The notes under the pieces: generated by a model | What the model was told of the DNA's origin: nothing | The model's input: only the letters and a program-made list of their open reading frames with translations | Database searches by the model: none | Translations under genes and position numbers: made by a program | IMG/VR virus record: IMGVR_UViG_3300025870_000010 | Coordinates: 1 to 64,000 of that record | Origin: a virus | Reading direction: 5' to 3' (one strand) | Length of the DNA: 64,000 nucleotides | Shown here: one piece after another, positions 38,872-48,901 of the stretch | Layout of the letters: each line of letters begins with the position of its first letter | Numbering within the stretch: the first letter of the stretch is position 1

Positions 38872-40530
38872 TTAACATTCATCTATCAATAATTCACTGA
38901 ATCCAGCAACTTTATTAACTGCATAAATGTAATCGAACATTTCTTTTGGTAATTCACTGTGGTTGATTACAAATACTGTCAAATCTAAATCATCTACGAC
39001 ATTCCTAATCAACAATAATACCTCGTGTATTGAGTTGGCATCTAGCGATGCAAGTATCTCATCCAGGAATAATAAATTTATATTAGGATAATTTCTTTTC
39101 ATAATATGAATCAAAGAAATTAATACAGCAAAATCAGCTTTTTTCCTTTCTCCTGTACTAAGAGTTTTAGGATTAATTTCTTCACCAATAGATATTAGTT
39201 TACTATTAAACCTTTCATCAATTTCAACCTTATATGGAAAATGTAACTTTTTACTAATTTCATTTATAGATTTGTTAAAACTAGGTAAAAAGTTTTTCAT
39301 TATTTGTAACTTAACCCCATCTTCACCAAATATCTTACTCAATTCTGCATATAGGTATTCATCTTTTTTCTTTTCTTGAATGGCAATCAATATCAAATCA
39401 ATCTTTTCAATAGTATTTTCTAATACAGAATCAAATTCATTTGTTTCTACTTTAGGTTTTGATAGATTTTCTTGTTTACCTTTTAATTTATCTAGTGCCA
39501 ATCTTGTTTCATAAATTGTATTACCTAATACTTGTTTCTTTTTATCTATTATAGATTGAATACCTTTCAATTTGTCAATGGAAACCTTAACACCTTTTAA
39601 ATCATTTTCATATTGTAATTTTTCTTCTCTAATCTTTTCTTTATTTTTTGTATGAACATCGTCTGTCAGATCAGAATTACAAGTAGGACATACATCACTA
39701 TCATAAACTTTTAACTTGTGATTACAATCTTTAATCTTAAAACTATATTCGTTCTTTGTTTTAGTTAGTTTAGTCATTTTTTCAAAGGCTAATGATGCTT
39801 TACTATCAATGTCTTTTGAATTTTCAACCATTTCTAACATACTTTCAGTTAACGAATTTATATTTTCGATAACTTCTTCTAGTTTGTCTGTTATGTCTTT
39901 TGATTTTTCTGCATCTAACGATTTTATTTTTTCTTCGATAGTTTTTTTATTTTCCATCAAAACTCGAACTTGACCACCTAAGTTTCCTATATCAACATTA
40001 AAATCTTTTACAAATTCTTTCAATGAATCGTGTATCTTATTGAAGAAAAGAATACCAAATATTTGGTCTAATATCTTTCTTTTGTCAGAGGGCCTCATTG
40101 TTAAAAATGATTTGAACTTATCGACTGATATAGAAATAACATTATCAAAAGTCGATTGAGGTATTTTCATATAATCATTTTCGATTATACCTTGAATGTT
40201 ACTGTTTCCGGCAACATCTTGAACTACGCCATCAATATAAACTTCCAGTACTTTAGGTGTTATACCTCTTTCAATTGTAATAGTAGAACCCTTTGCAACT
40301 AAGGTAATTTTACCCCATAATGTCTTATTAATTCTATTAGGTAAATCTCCAAGTTTCTTTTCCTGTACCTTTCCATAAATCAAATATGATATAACTTCTC
40401 TAATAGTTGACTTACCATGACCAGATTGTCCTATAAGCATTATCATATTACCTTTCTCATTGAATTCTATTTTGGTAATCTTATTTCCGTATGAATTAAA
40501 ATTTTTGTATTCTAGTTTAATTAATTTCAT
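38872..40530 (-). CDS. gp46: recombination endonuclease ATPase subunit (gp46, Rad50-like)
   Basis: KNFNSYGN, GQSGHGKST, CPTC zinc hook, LSTGE signature, LFLDE. Confidence 0.95.
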   Translation of the reverse strand: MKLIKLEYKNFNSYGNKITKIEFNEKGNMIMLIGQSGHGKSTIREVISYLIYGKVQEKKLGDLPNRINKTLWGKITLVAKGSTITIERGITPKVLEVYIDGVVQDVAGNSNIQGIIENDYMKIPQSTFDNVISISVDKFKSFLTMRPSDKRKILDQIFGILFFNKIHDSLKEFVKDFNVDIGNLGGQVRVLMENKKTIEEKIKSLDAEKSKDITDKLEEVIENINSLTESMLEMVENSKDIDSKASLAFEKMTKLTKTKNEYSFKIKDCNHKLKVYDSDVCPTCNSDLTDDVHTKNKEKIREEKLQYENDLKGVKVSIDKLKGIQSIIDKKKQVLGNTIYETRLALDKLKGKQENLSKPKVETNEFDSVLENTIEKIDLILIAIQEKKKDEYLYAELSKIFGEDGVKLQIMKNFLPSFNKSINEISKKLHFPYKVEIDERFNSKLISIGEEINPKTLSTGERKKADFAVLISLIHIMKRNYPNINLLFLDEILASLDANSIHEVLLLIRNVVDDLDLTVFVINHSELPKEMFDYIYAVNKVAGFSELLIDEC

Positions 40531-41579
40531 ATTCCTTTAAATAAATTTTCAAAAATCTTTCTTGCTTTCTTATTATCTTCTCCTTTAAATCTATTATCAA
40601 TTTCTTTATTGATAAGTTCTTTTGCGTCTAAAGAAGATGATCCATCGTCAATTTCTCCGTAATCAGATTCGATAGGAAAAATATTTAGCAGTCTAGCTTT
40701 TTCTCCTATCTTATGAAATACCTTTGTCAATTTTGATGAATTTGTAGATAACAATTTTTCTTTAATGTTTATATCAACAAAGTTATTTTTACTTTGCTCA
40801 TTGATATCTAATATTTGTTCTTTAGTAATTTCATCAATAGTAAATTGAATAAACTTAGGAGATATATCATTTTCGTAAAAAGTTTCTTTTCCTGTTTCTA
40901 AATCTAAAACAAACATTCCTTTTGAATTACCAGAATCTCCTCTAGTAATTTGATAAGGCGTTCCTACTACATTAATGTTTCCTTTTTGCTGTGACCAATG
41001 GATATGACCAGTATAAACCTTTTTATATCCATCGGCACTTTTAGGATTTGCACCATCGTTTTTATCAATTTTAACGTACTTATTATATTTGATTAATGAA
41101 AATGTTCCGTGCATAAATGCATAATGACAAGAATGTTCTTTTTGATATTTTTGTAAAGTTTCGGATTCTTCCTTTACATCTTTTTGCCAAGGCATCATCA
41201 AAAACTTAATATTATCATGTTCTAAAACATTGACATCTTTATGTACAGTAACATTTGGAATATATTTTAGTATATCCAAACTTGATATTTCAGTACTTGT
41301 TTTATAATAAATATCGTGATTTCCAGCAATGATATGTACAGGACCAATTTTACTTAGTTCTTCATATATCTTGATACCTAAATCCATAGATTTAACATTG
41401 ATAGATGTTCTGTTATCGAAAACATCACCACAATTTATTATGATATCACCTGGTTTGAAATGTTTTTTAATAGTTGGAATAATGAATTTAAAATGTGCCT
41501 CTTCCATTATATCCATCCATTCTGTTGAATTTGACCTAGCACCTAAATGTGTGTCGGTAAAAATGAATACTTTTGACAT
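40527..41579 (-). CDS. gp47: recombination endonuclease nuclease subunit (gp47, Mre11-like)
   Basis: TDTHLG, GDVFD, GNHD, GHIH, GTPYQ. Confidence 0.95.
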   Translation of the reverse strand: MSKVFIFTDTHLGARSNSTEWMDIMEEAHFKFIIPTIKKHFKPGDIIINCGDVFDNRTSINVKSMDLGIKIYEELSKIGPVHIIAGNHDIYYKTSTEISSLDILKYIPNVTVHKDVNVLEHDNIKFLMMPWQKDVKEESETLQKYQKEHSCHYAFMHGTFSLIKYNKYVKIDKNDGANPKSADGYKKVYTGHIHWSQQKGNINVVGTPYQITRGDSGNSKGMFVLDLETGKETFYENDISPKFIQFTIDEITKEQILDINEQSKNNFVDINIKEKLLSTNSSKLTKVFHKIGEKARLLNIFPIESDYGEIDDGSSSLDAKELINKEIDNRFKGEDNKKARKIFENLFKGI

Positions 41580-41580
41580 A

Positions 41581-42057
41581 TTAGAAAAGTTTATTATCTT
41601 TGTAAAGTTTAGCGTGTTTTAGTTCATCTAACAATTCTCCTTTAAATTTAATAGAAAGGTTTTTGTAGAAATACTTAGTTTCCTTTTCGTTTAGATTGAT
41701 ATAATCAGTAATTAGGGCAAACATTTCTATCTTTGTTAATCTGGATAAATGTGTGTTTGTCTTTAAAAGAATCATACAATATGCATAAATCTTATTAACC
41801 TTTTCAATAGGTAAGTTTATAGTTCTTTCTAATGGAATATCATCAATTATTTGTTTTATTGTTTCATTTTCTTGTATTGATATTTCCATTTCTTCTAAAT
41901 CCATCTTTTTACTTACGGATTCTTGTGAATTGTTCGAATACATTTTACTACCAGTATCTGGTTCGAATGATATTGCAGTAGTATTCATTTCACCACTTAA
42001 ATATCTTTCTTGTAGATAGTAGTTTGTTTGTTTATTTGATTTCTTATCTTCTGACAT
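41581..42057 (-). CDS. hypothetical protein
   Basis: 158-aa ORF heading the gp47/46 operon. Confidence 0.6.
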   Translation of the reverse strand: MSEDKKSNKQTNYYLQERYLSGEMNTTAISFEPDTGSKMYSNNSQESVSKKMDLEEMEISIQENETIKQIIDDIPLERTINLPIEKVNKIYAYCMILLKTNTHLSRLTKIEMFALITDYINLNEKETKYFYKNLSIKFKGELLDELKHAKLYKDNKLF

Positions 42058-42070
42058 ATATGTTTTTAAT

Positions 42071-42083
42071 TATACTTATTAAA
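42071..42083 (-). promoter_or_regulatory. candidate middle-promoter motif TTTAATAAGTATA
   Basis: Identical to 50677-50689. Confidence 0.5.
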
Positions 42084-42105
42084 TGGCTTTTTTTGCTTAA
42101 ATATT

Positions 42106-43008
42106 TTAAATCTCTTCATCAAAGATTACAGTATTATACATCTTTTTAACTTTATATTGACTAATGTTTAGTTTTTCTGATGCTTCTTTGATTGACTTAT
42201 AATTAATGCCATCTATTGTTACTTTTGTTCCGTTGTTTGGTTTGTAGCCATTTAACTCTAATATCAAAGGAGATTCTGAAATCGTATATTTTTTAGATTT
42301 AATGATTTTACTAAATGTCGGTTTCGAAATATTAAGATTCGCATAGGCCTCTTTAATTGATTCATATTCTTTACCATCTACTATTATTTTTTGAGTATTG
42401 TGTGGTAATATTCCAGTAGTAACCCCAATTAATTCGCCAGTTGTTATTCTTTCATCATTTATATGAACTAGTTCAGTTTCTCCTGTTATCGAATTTTTCA
42501 TAGTAGTTTTTCCTTTATTGATTCCGAATAGGTTTTTATTACTATCAAATTCAGATTTTTCTACTTGCATTATTTCACCTAATACATTAATACAAACTAC
42601 TTTACCTTTAGTAGTCGTTTTTGCAGGAACGCCAGTTTTTGTATCTGATATTTTCTTTTTGGTTTCATCTGAATGGCAAAAATATCCATTATCGTCAACA
42701 TCAAATATATTATACCCATCTTGATAATACATACATTCATTTTCTTTGATGTGTAAAGTTTCTCGCTGTCTTAGAATGTTAATATCCTCCACATATTCCA
42801 AAATACTAAATGTAAACATAGAATCTTTTTTATTGTATGCATTTTGAAAATATCCTGTGTGATTATTGTTTCGTAACATTGAACAATGGGAATTAAATCT
42901 TCTTTTAATATTATTGGTACTTCCTATATATTTCTTACCATTTATATTTTCAAAAACATAAACCCCCATTTTATCCCATTCAATATTATCAGTTTTAGTA
43001 ATTTTCAT
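42106..43008 (-). mobile_element. free-standing GIY-YIG homing endonuclease (Seg-like)
   Basis: GVY-x9-YIGS, RRF..H, RET, GYN; HSDETKKKIS (NUMOD3-like) and two DG..Y.SIKEA..LNIS HTH repeats; own late promoter at 43024-43032. Confidence 0.9.
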
Positions 43009-43062
43009 TTTAAAGTTTTTCTTTATTTAATCAAAAACTTTTCAAACTGTTTACCTCATCGT

Positions 43063-44367
43063 CTATACCTCATCGTCAAGAATAATTGTGTTGGTCTCTT
43101 GAAGTCTCATATAGTCATAGTCTATGTTTATTTTACACTTCATATTTTTTCCGGTCCCATCTCTTACCTTCAAAAGCTTCAACCAATAGTAATTATCTAA
43201 ATTCATTTCTGGTGTTTGAATGATTGCTAAAATAGTATCACAAGTTGCGGCCAATCCGGCTGATTCTGCAATCATTCCCATATTGATGTTTGATGATTCG
43301 AATCCAGCTCTATTCGTCTGTGTTGCACTTAACATTACTACATTTCTTCTTTGAGCAACAGCTCTTAAATCTTCACAAATGTTTTTAATCTTGATATATG
43401 TTGATTCAGAATTAGGATTTTTAATATCTTTCATAATATTAATATAATCAACTAATATTACATCATATGTTATTCCTACAACATCTTGAATTTTACCGAT
43501 AAAATTATCAATGTCATCAGCCGTTGCATTACTTGTTTCGTAATTTTTAACAGTCAAAGCACCTGGTGTAACTATATTACTATTCTTAAAATCTTGAATC
43601 TTTTGTTTCATAAAAGTTTCATCTAAAGATTTCTTATCATATGCGTTTACATTCATATTGAATATATCAGCACCGATTCTTTTATGTACCTTTTGACCTC
43701 CCATTTCAAGTGATATAAACAATACGTTTTTACCAGCTTTACAATAATTTGAAGCATCTTGTGCTAAGAATAAAGACTTTCCTGTGTTCGGTGGTGCAAC
43801 ATAAACATTCAATGTACCTTTAGAATGACCACCTACGTTCTTATCAATGAAATCGTAATTAGAACTTAGCAAGTCTTCTGCGGACATTACGTGCGATTTA
43901 GTATCAAAAAAGTCTGTACCTAAATCATCGTCAAATGTGATGTTGTTTCTACCGTTTATTAAGTTCTTAACCGAATCGACAATAGTACCTACGTTTTCTG
44001 GTGTTACCTTTGCAGTATTAATATATTCTACGGTATCAACAATAGAAGAATCTAAATGTTTCCATCTAATCCAGGATTGTGCAGTTTCTTCTACCCAACT
44101 GATATCATATTCTTTTATATCTTTCTTAAAGATTTCATCAAAGAATATTTTAGGACATCTTTCTTCCAGTTCTCCGGTTGAAATAAGCATCCATAAGTTT
44201 TCTTTGGATGGGGATATTTTATATTTTTTGTAATATCTTTTTGATAAAGTTGACAGTAAATCTATTTCTGGTACAGAAAAGAAACCTCTTTCAGTTGGTT
44301 CTAAGTAGACCGGATTTTCTAATGCGAATAGTAAAAATATCTTTTCGAATTCGTTTGTATTTATCAT
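43063..44367 (-). CDS. gp41: replicative DNA helicase (gp41, DnaB-like)
   Basis: APPNTGKS, ISLEM, LVDYINIM, EDLRAVA, SATQTNR, AESAGL. Confidence 0.95.
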   Translation of the reverse strand: MINTNEFEKIFLLFALENPVYLEPTERGFFSVPEIDLLSTLSKRYYKKYKISPSKENLWMLISTGELEERCPKIFFDEIFKKDIKEYDISWVEETAQSWIRWKHLDSSIVDTVEYINTAKVTPENVGTIVDSVKNLINGRNNITFDDDLGTDFFDTKSHVMSAEDLLSSNYDFIDKNVGGHSKGTLNVYVAPPNTGKSLFLAQDASNYCKAGKNVLFISLEMGGQKVHKRIGADIFNMNVNAYDKKSLDETFMKQKIQDFKNSNIVTPGALTVKNYETSNATADDIDNFIGKIQDVVGITYDVILVDYINIMKDIKNPNSESTYIKIKNICEDLRAVAQRRNVVMLSATQTNRAGFESSNINMGMIAESAGLAATCDTILAIIQTPEMNLDNYYWLKLLKVRDGTGKNMKCKINIDYDYMRLQETNTIILDDEV

Positions 44368-44391
44368 ATAGTTTTATTTGTATATTACAAC

Positions 44392-44421
44392 AAAAAAAGG
44401 ACTAAATAATTTTAGCCCTTT
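44392..44421 (-). terminator. rho-independent terminator
   Basis: aaaagg(a)ctaaa-taat-tttag(c)cctttt. Confidence 0.65.
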
Positions 44422-44446
44422 TCAATTAATTTATGTTTGTATGATT

Positions 44447-44836
44447 CTATTCCATTATTCCTTTTACATCAAATCCTGGAAGAGCTTTCTTTGCAAATTC
44501 ATCAAATACGAATAAAATATCATACCCATCCCATTTCAACATTTTTGCATATCCTATACCTCTTTCTCTAAGACTTTTATCCCAATATTCTTTATTGCCG
44601 ACCATCCTATCATCCAATTTGGCCTTTGGAAAAATAGAATCTAATAATCCAGCTTCTGAACTAAAGTTTGCGTCTATCAATGCAGCTTTCAATATTGCTT
44701 TAAATGAATATTGTAAATCGGGTGATCCTTTTTCTTCACCGGATAAATAAGATTCTAAGTCAGACAAAACTTTTTTACTATTTCTAGCTTCGTTTAAAGA
44801 TTCGTTTTCTGTTAAGAAATGTTTTAAGTTATTCAT
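44447..44836 (-). CDS. putative internal head protein
   Basis: Starts MNNLKHFLTENESLNE-A. Confidence 0.65.
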   Translation of the reverse strand: MNNLKHFLTENESLNEARNSKKVLSDLESYLSGEEKGSPDLQYSFKAILKAALIDANFSSEAGLLDSIFPKAKLDDRMVGNKEYWDKSLRERGIGYAKMLKWDGYDILFVFDEFAKKALPGFDVKGIME

Positions 44837-44853
44837 ATTTATATTTTTATTTT

Positions 44854-45225
44854 TTAATCTAATGAACCGAATTTACCTTTACCCATACTATCAGCAAAAT
44901 CTCTTGAACCTTGAGATTCTAATTTAATATAGTAAGAATCTGTTGCCTTTCCACCTCTACCAAAATAAGATTTTAAAAGAAAAGTATCAATCGTTTTTGC
45001 TTTTTTATCTTTAAGAGTTTCTTTTAGTGTCTTTTCAACTTCCTTTCTCCAATTTTTATCGGCAGGGTCAATTTTAATACTTTGACTTGCAAATGCTTTT
45101 AAATCGGTAGGTACACTTATTGATGAAATTGTATCCGGTAATTTATTAATTGCTTTAAGTAAATCTTTTAAAGATTTACCTTCGGATTCAAATCCTTCGT
45201 TTAAAAATTCGTTTAATGCTTTCAT
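44854..45225 (-). CDS. putative internal head protein
   Basis: Starts MKALNEFLNE-G. Confidence 0.7.
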   Translation of the reverse strand: MKALNEFLNEGFESEGKSLKDLLKAINKLPDTISSISVPTDLKAFASQSIKIDPADKNWRKEVEKTLKETLKDKKAKTIDTFLLKSYFGRGGKATDSYYIKLESQGSRDFADSMGKGKFGSLD

Positions 45226-45229
45226 ATCT

Positions 45230-45532
45230 TTATAACTTATTTACTATTTGCTTTTCGAATTTGCTTCTACTTATAGAAAAAACCAATCCAGCTCGTGAAT
45301 TATTTTTTTCATATTTAAAAGCTAATCCTGTTTGAATTTTGATTCGATATTCTATATCATCTATTTGTTCTTCTTTGTCTGCGATGACCATATCCAAATC
45401 TTTAGATGTTTTAGGTAAATATTGAAGTACAATATCATTTCTACCACTAGTATCCATAGTAATTATATAAGTAATCCCACCGTATATATATGTTTTCATC
45501 TTTTCGTTTAAAAAATTGTTTAATTGTTTCAT
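45230..45532 (-). CDS. putative internal head protein
   Basis: Starts MKQLNNFLNE-K. Confidence 0.7.
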   Translation of the reverse strand: MKQLNNFLNEKMKTYIYGGITYIITMDTSGRNDIVLQYLPKTSKDLDMVIADKEEQIDDIEYRIKIQTGLAFKYEKNNSRAGLVFSISRSKFEKQIVNKL

Positions 45533-45536
45533 AGAC

Positions 45537-45595
45537 TATTTAATGCATTTACAATATACATAGAAAAACCCACAAATCAAAGGAAATGTGGGTTT
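45537..45595 (-). promoter_or_regulatory. stacked terminator, Bacteroidetes-type promoter and late promoter
   Basis: Hairpin aaacccaca..tgtgggttt; TTTG-N19-TATATTGT (45581 to 45551); TTAAATA at 45537-45543. Confidence 0.5.
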
Positions 45596-45630
45596 ATTTT
45601 TAATCTATTTTACAAACTAATAGTTTGTTT

Positions 45631-46848
45631 TTAATCTTCATCTTCTACATCTGTGTGAAGTATTTCTTCAATTTCATCATCGGTTTCTTGTGAACTAAAT
45701 TCAAAGTCTTTTTTGATGAGTTCATCGAAACGGTCTTCTAGGGGTTGCATTACTCTTTCAGTAAACAATTCTCTAGTATCAATTGCTTCACCTAAATGTT
45801 CAACAATATATTTTCTTGCTGTTTCTTTAGGTGCAAAATACATAACCTCTTCGCTATCAGTAGGTGTAAATATTTTTACCTTTTCTTTTGCAGCTCCTGT
45901 AAGTTTATTGTATTCTTTTTCTGTTAGTAAGTTTCCTTTTGCAATACCTACATTATCCCATCCTAAATAATCTTGAACACCCATATAACGATTAAATGGT
46001 CTATCAAAGAAAATAGGGAACTTGATTGTTTTTGGTTGAGCAAATCTATTCTTTCCAGTTTTAGCTGTTACAATAACACCAGTTTGTCTTTTTTCATCTT
46101 TCTTATCATCTTTAAGTTTTGCTTTAGTTAGATACAAGGTGATACTTGGTGAATAAACAACTCCTCCTCCACCACCTTGAACAACCGGGTCTCCATAACC
46201 ACCAATGTTTACCATTGTATGATTTGTAAATATCATTGGAATACCTAACGAATTCAAATCAGAAGTGATGATTCTAAAGAAAGAACGAATTTGTTTTGCT
46301 CTGGTCATGTCTGCAGCACTGTTTCCTGTTCTTGCATCTTCGATTTCTTTTGATGACGCAACCATTCCTATTGAATCAAGAACTAATAAAAACTTAGGAA
46401 TTTTTTGACCTTTCAATTTTAATGCTGTTAGATTCTTAATGAAAATAGCATACATTGTTTTCAACTTTTCGATTTCTGAAACGGGTTCGTGTCTAAAGTT
46501 TTTCAAATCAATTCCAAAATTTATACAACTTTGTGGGTCAACTGCCCCTTCAGTATCGTAGTAAATTGGTGTATATCCGGCTAATTGTGCATTCCTTACA
46601 GCATTAAGTGTTAAGAATGTTTTACCAGACCCTGATTCTCCAACTAAAGATGTTTGCTTAGTACTTGGAAATCCTTTTTTAATAGAACCACTTAGGGCTG
46701 CATTTAAAATCCAATTACCAGAATCAATCCAAACATTGTTTTTATAAATTTCAGATTGACCAAAATTACTACTACCAAAAGGATTAATTTCGCCAAGTTC
46801 TTTGAAAATATCATCGACTGAACTATGTTTTTTACTTGCTTTTGCCAT
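45631..46848 (-). CDS. uvsX: RecA-like recombinase UvsX
   Basis: DSGNWILNAALSG, GESGSGKT, YDTE, LDSIG, ADMTRAK, TNHT, GGGG, KNRF. Confidence 0.93.
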   Translation of the reverse strand: MAKASKKHSSVDDIFKELGEINPFGSSNFGQSEIYKNNVWIDSGNWILNAALSGSIKKGFPSTKQTSLVGESGSGKTFLTLNAVRNAQLAGYTPIYYDTEGAVDPQSCINFGIDLKNFRHEPVSEIEKLKTMYAIFIKNLTALKLKGQKIPKFLLVLDSIGMVASSKEIEDARTGNSAADMTRAKQIRSFFRIITSDLNSLGIPMIFTNHTMVNIGGYGDPVVQGGGGGVVYSPSITLYLTKAKLKDDKKDEKRQTGVIVTAKTGKNRFAQPKTIKFPIFFDRPFNRYMGVQDYLGWDNVGIAKGNLLTEKEYNKLTGAAKEKVKIFTPTDSEEVMYFAPKETARKYIVEHLGEAIDTRELFTERVMQPLEDRFDELIKKDFEFSSQETDDEIEEILHTDVEDED

Positions 46849-46861
46849 ATTATAAATTATT

Positions 46862-48082
46862 TTAAAATAAACGTTTTTTAATTTTCAACGAACCTGATAA
46901 TGCATTTATACCAGGCATCGACTGAATAATATTGTTCAATGGATTAATAACTGTTTTTTCGAACATTAAATCAATATCAATTTCAGGTGCAAATTCTTTA
47001 GGATGCGCTCCTCTATTGAAAGAAAATACATTATATGCTTCCTTGTGCGATTTTGCATAATACCATTTAACCTTATCTCCGGTTCTAAGTCTTTCGTACT
47101 TATTTTCAAAAGATGGATTGTTGTTAATAAACATATTGTGAATTGCGGCACCTCTAACATGTGTACTACAACCACTTGCATAATTTAAACTTTCTTTATC
47201 GTCTAAAATATATTTTTCGTAATCACCTATTCCTGTTGTAATGCAAATATCTTCTAAGTCAGCAATTGCAAATCTTTTTTTCAATTTCAATAATTCAATA
47301 GTAATATCTCTTTGTGTGAAATTTTTACCATTGTCGAATATCCATTGAACTAACCTTGACAGTTCCGGTCTACAAAAAGGTGGCGTTGTTAAACGAATAA
47401 TTTCAAGTCCTGTCGTTTTTGTATAAGTTCCTGGTTCGTAGAACTTGCCATCTTGCCAAACAATATCTTGCGTATACTTTTTTTTCTTAACCCAAATACC
47501 AGATTTACTTATAGTTTCTAATTCAAAATCTAAATGATTTTCGGTATTGTACGACTGTGCATATTTATCAAATACCTTTTTTAGATATCCTTTTAATCTA
47601 ACTTCATTTATTGTTAATACTAAATCTGCAGCCGAACCTGTCCAATTTATTTTTTCTGCAGCTTCTTCAAATGTAACGTATGCAGAATCCGTATCTATAT
47701 AAACAACAGTAGGTTTTACACAAGGAACTGGTTCTAAGTTTACATCAGGACACATATCTTTTAGTTTTTTCAAAAGAGTAATATCCTTATGAAACATTTT
47801 ATGAAAGTAAGTATCTAATGCCTTTTCAGAATATCTAATTGCATCTTGACCTTGCATAGTAATAGTTTCAGCAAGTGTTTTATTATAGAAATAAAAATAC
47901 TTACTGGCCATTGCACCGTATATAGAATTCAATACTAATTTATCGGATTGTTCTAGTGTTGAATATATACTTGCTTCATCTTGCAATTGAGATAGTGCCG
48001 AATCTGTTTCAGATGGAGATAGAGAACTCCAATCGAAATTCTCTATCTCTTCTGTTGACATATTTTGAATATTTGCTGTCAT
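46862..48082 (-). CDS. family B DNA polymerase, C-terminal half (gp43B)
   Basis: Motif B KLVLNSIYG, AETITMQGQ, motif C YIDTDS, KKKY, TGLE, GDKVK. Confidence 0.93.
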   Translation of the reverse strand: MTANIQNMSTEEIENFDWSSLSPSETDSALSQLQDEASIYSTLEQSDKLVLNSIYGAMASKYFYFYNKTLAETITMQGQDAIRYSEKALDTYFHKMFHKDITLLKKLKDMCPDVNLEPVPCVKPTVVYIDTDSAYVTFEEAAEKINWTGSAADLVLTINEVRLKGYLKKVFDKYAQSYNTENHLDFELETISKSGIWVKKKKYTQDIVWQDGKFYEPGTYTKTTGLEIIRLTTPPFCRPELSRLVQWIFDNGKNFTQRDITIELLKLKKRFAIADLEDICITTGIGDYEKYILDDKESLNYASGCSTHVRGAAIHNMFINNNPSFENKYERLRTGDKVKWYYAKSHKEAYNVFSFNRGAHPKEFAPEIDIDLMFEKTVINPLNNIIQSMPGINALSGSLKIKKRLF

Positions 48083-48870
48083 TAAAGTTCAACTTCTTCA
48101 TGTAAAGTAATAACTACTTCCATAGTTTTATCGACAGTTTCAAAGATAATCTTATCTTCATCTAAGATTGGATAAACATTATATGAATTTGCATCAACAG
48201 CTCTGAATAATTTCTTATCTAACTTGTATGATTTTTCTCCACCACCAACAAGACCTTCGAATTCTTCATCTATATCAATAGAATATGAACCTTCTGAACA
48301 AACCTTTACTTGACCGTTAACTTTAAATTCTAATTCATCACTTGAATCAAAATCCATAAATTTCTTAACTTGCAAGATTTCGTTTGCAGTCATTTTAAAG
48401 TTACAATCAGAAGCTGAAGTATCTTTTACTTGTGCAATCTTTTCTTCTGGAACATTTGCGAACTCAAAAAGTGTTGGGTCTGCAGCATCTAAAGTTAATG
48501 AAATTTTAGGACTGGAAACTTTCATACTTTCTCCAAAGTATTCACCATCTAATTCAGAATACACAATTTCGATTTTAATTTCGCCACCACTTAAAAAACT
48601 AAATGCTTTCTTTACTTTGTTACCATCGTAAAAACAAAGTTTAATAGGTGATGATAAATTTTCATTATCTAAATTTGATTCGCCACATAATTCGCCTATT
48701 TGCATTCTCATACTTTTGATAAGAGTTCCTGATGAATTGTGTGCATCGGTTCTGATTCCTTCTTGGTCTATTTTAAAATAAATAGTTGAGGCGTCATCTA
48801 AAGGAATTAACGAATCTATAAAGTTATTGAACTTTACTAAATCTACGGTTTTTAATACTACTTTTTTCAT
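48082..48870 (-). CDS. sliding clamp (gp45-like)
   Basis: 262-aa acidic beta-rich protein with ADP linker; replication context; no other clamp candidate in the window. Confidence 0.7.
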   Translation of the reverse strand: MKKVVLKTVDLVKFNNFIDSLIPLDDASTIYFKIDQEGIRTDAHNSSGTLIKSMRMQIGELCGESNLDNENLSSPIKLCFYDGNKVKKAFSFLSGGEIKIEIVYSELDGEYFGESMKVSSPKISLTLDAADPTLFEFANVPEEKIAQVKDTSASDCNFKMTANEILQVKKFMDFDSSDELEFKVNGQVKVCSEGSYSIDIDEEFEGLVGGGEKSYKLDKKLFRAVDANSYNVYPILDEDKIIFETVDKTMEVVITLHEEVEL

Positions 48871-48901
48871 GCTAAATGTATTTGTTTATAGTTAAATGTA
48901 A

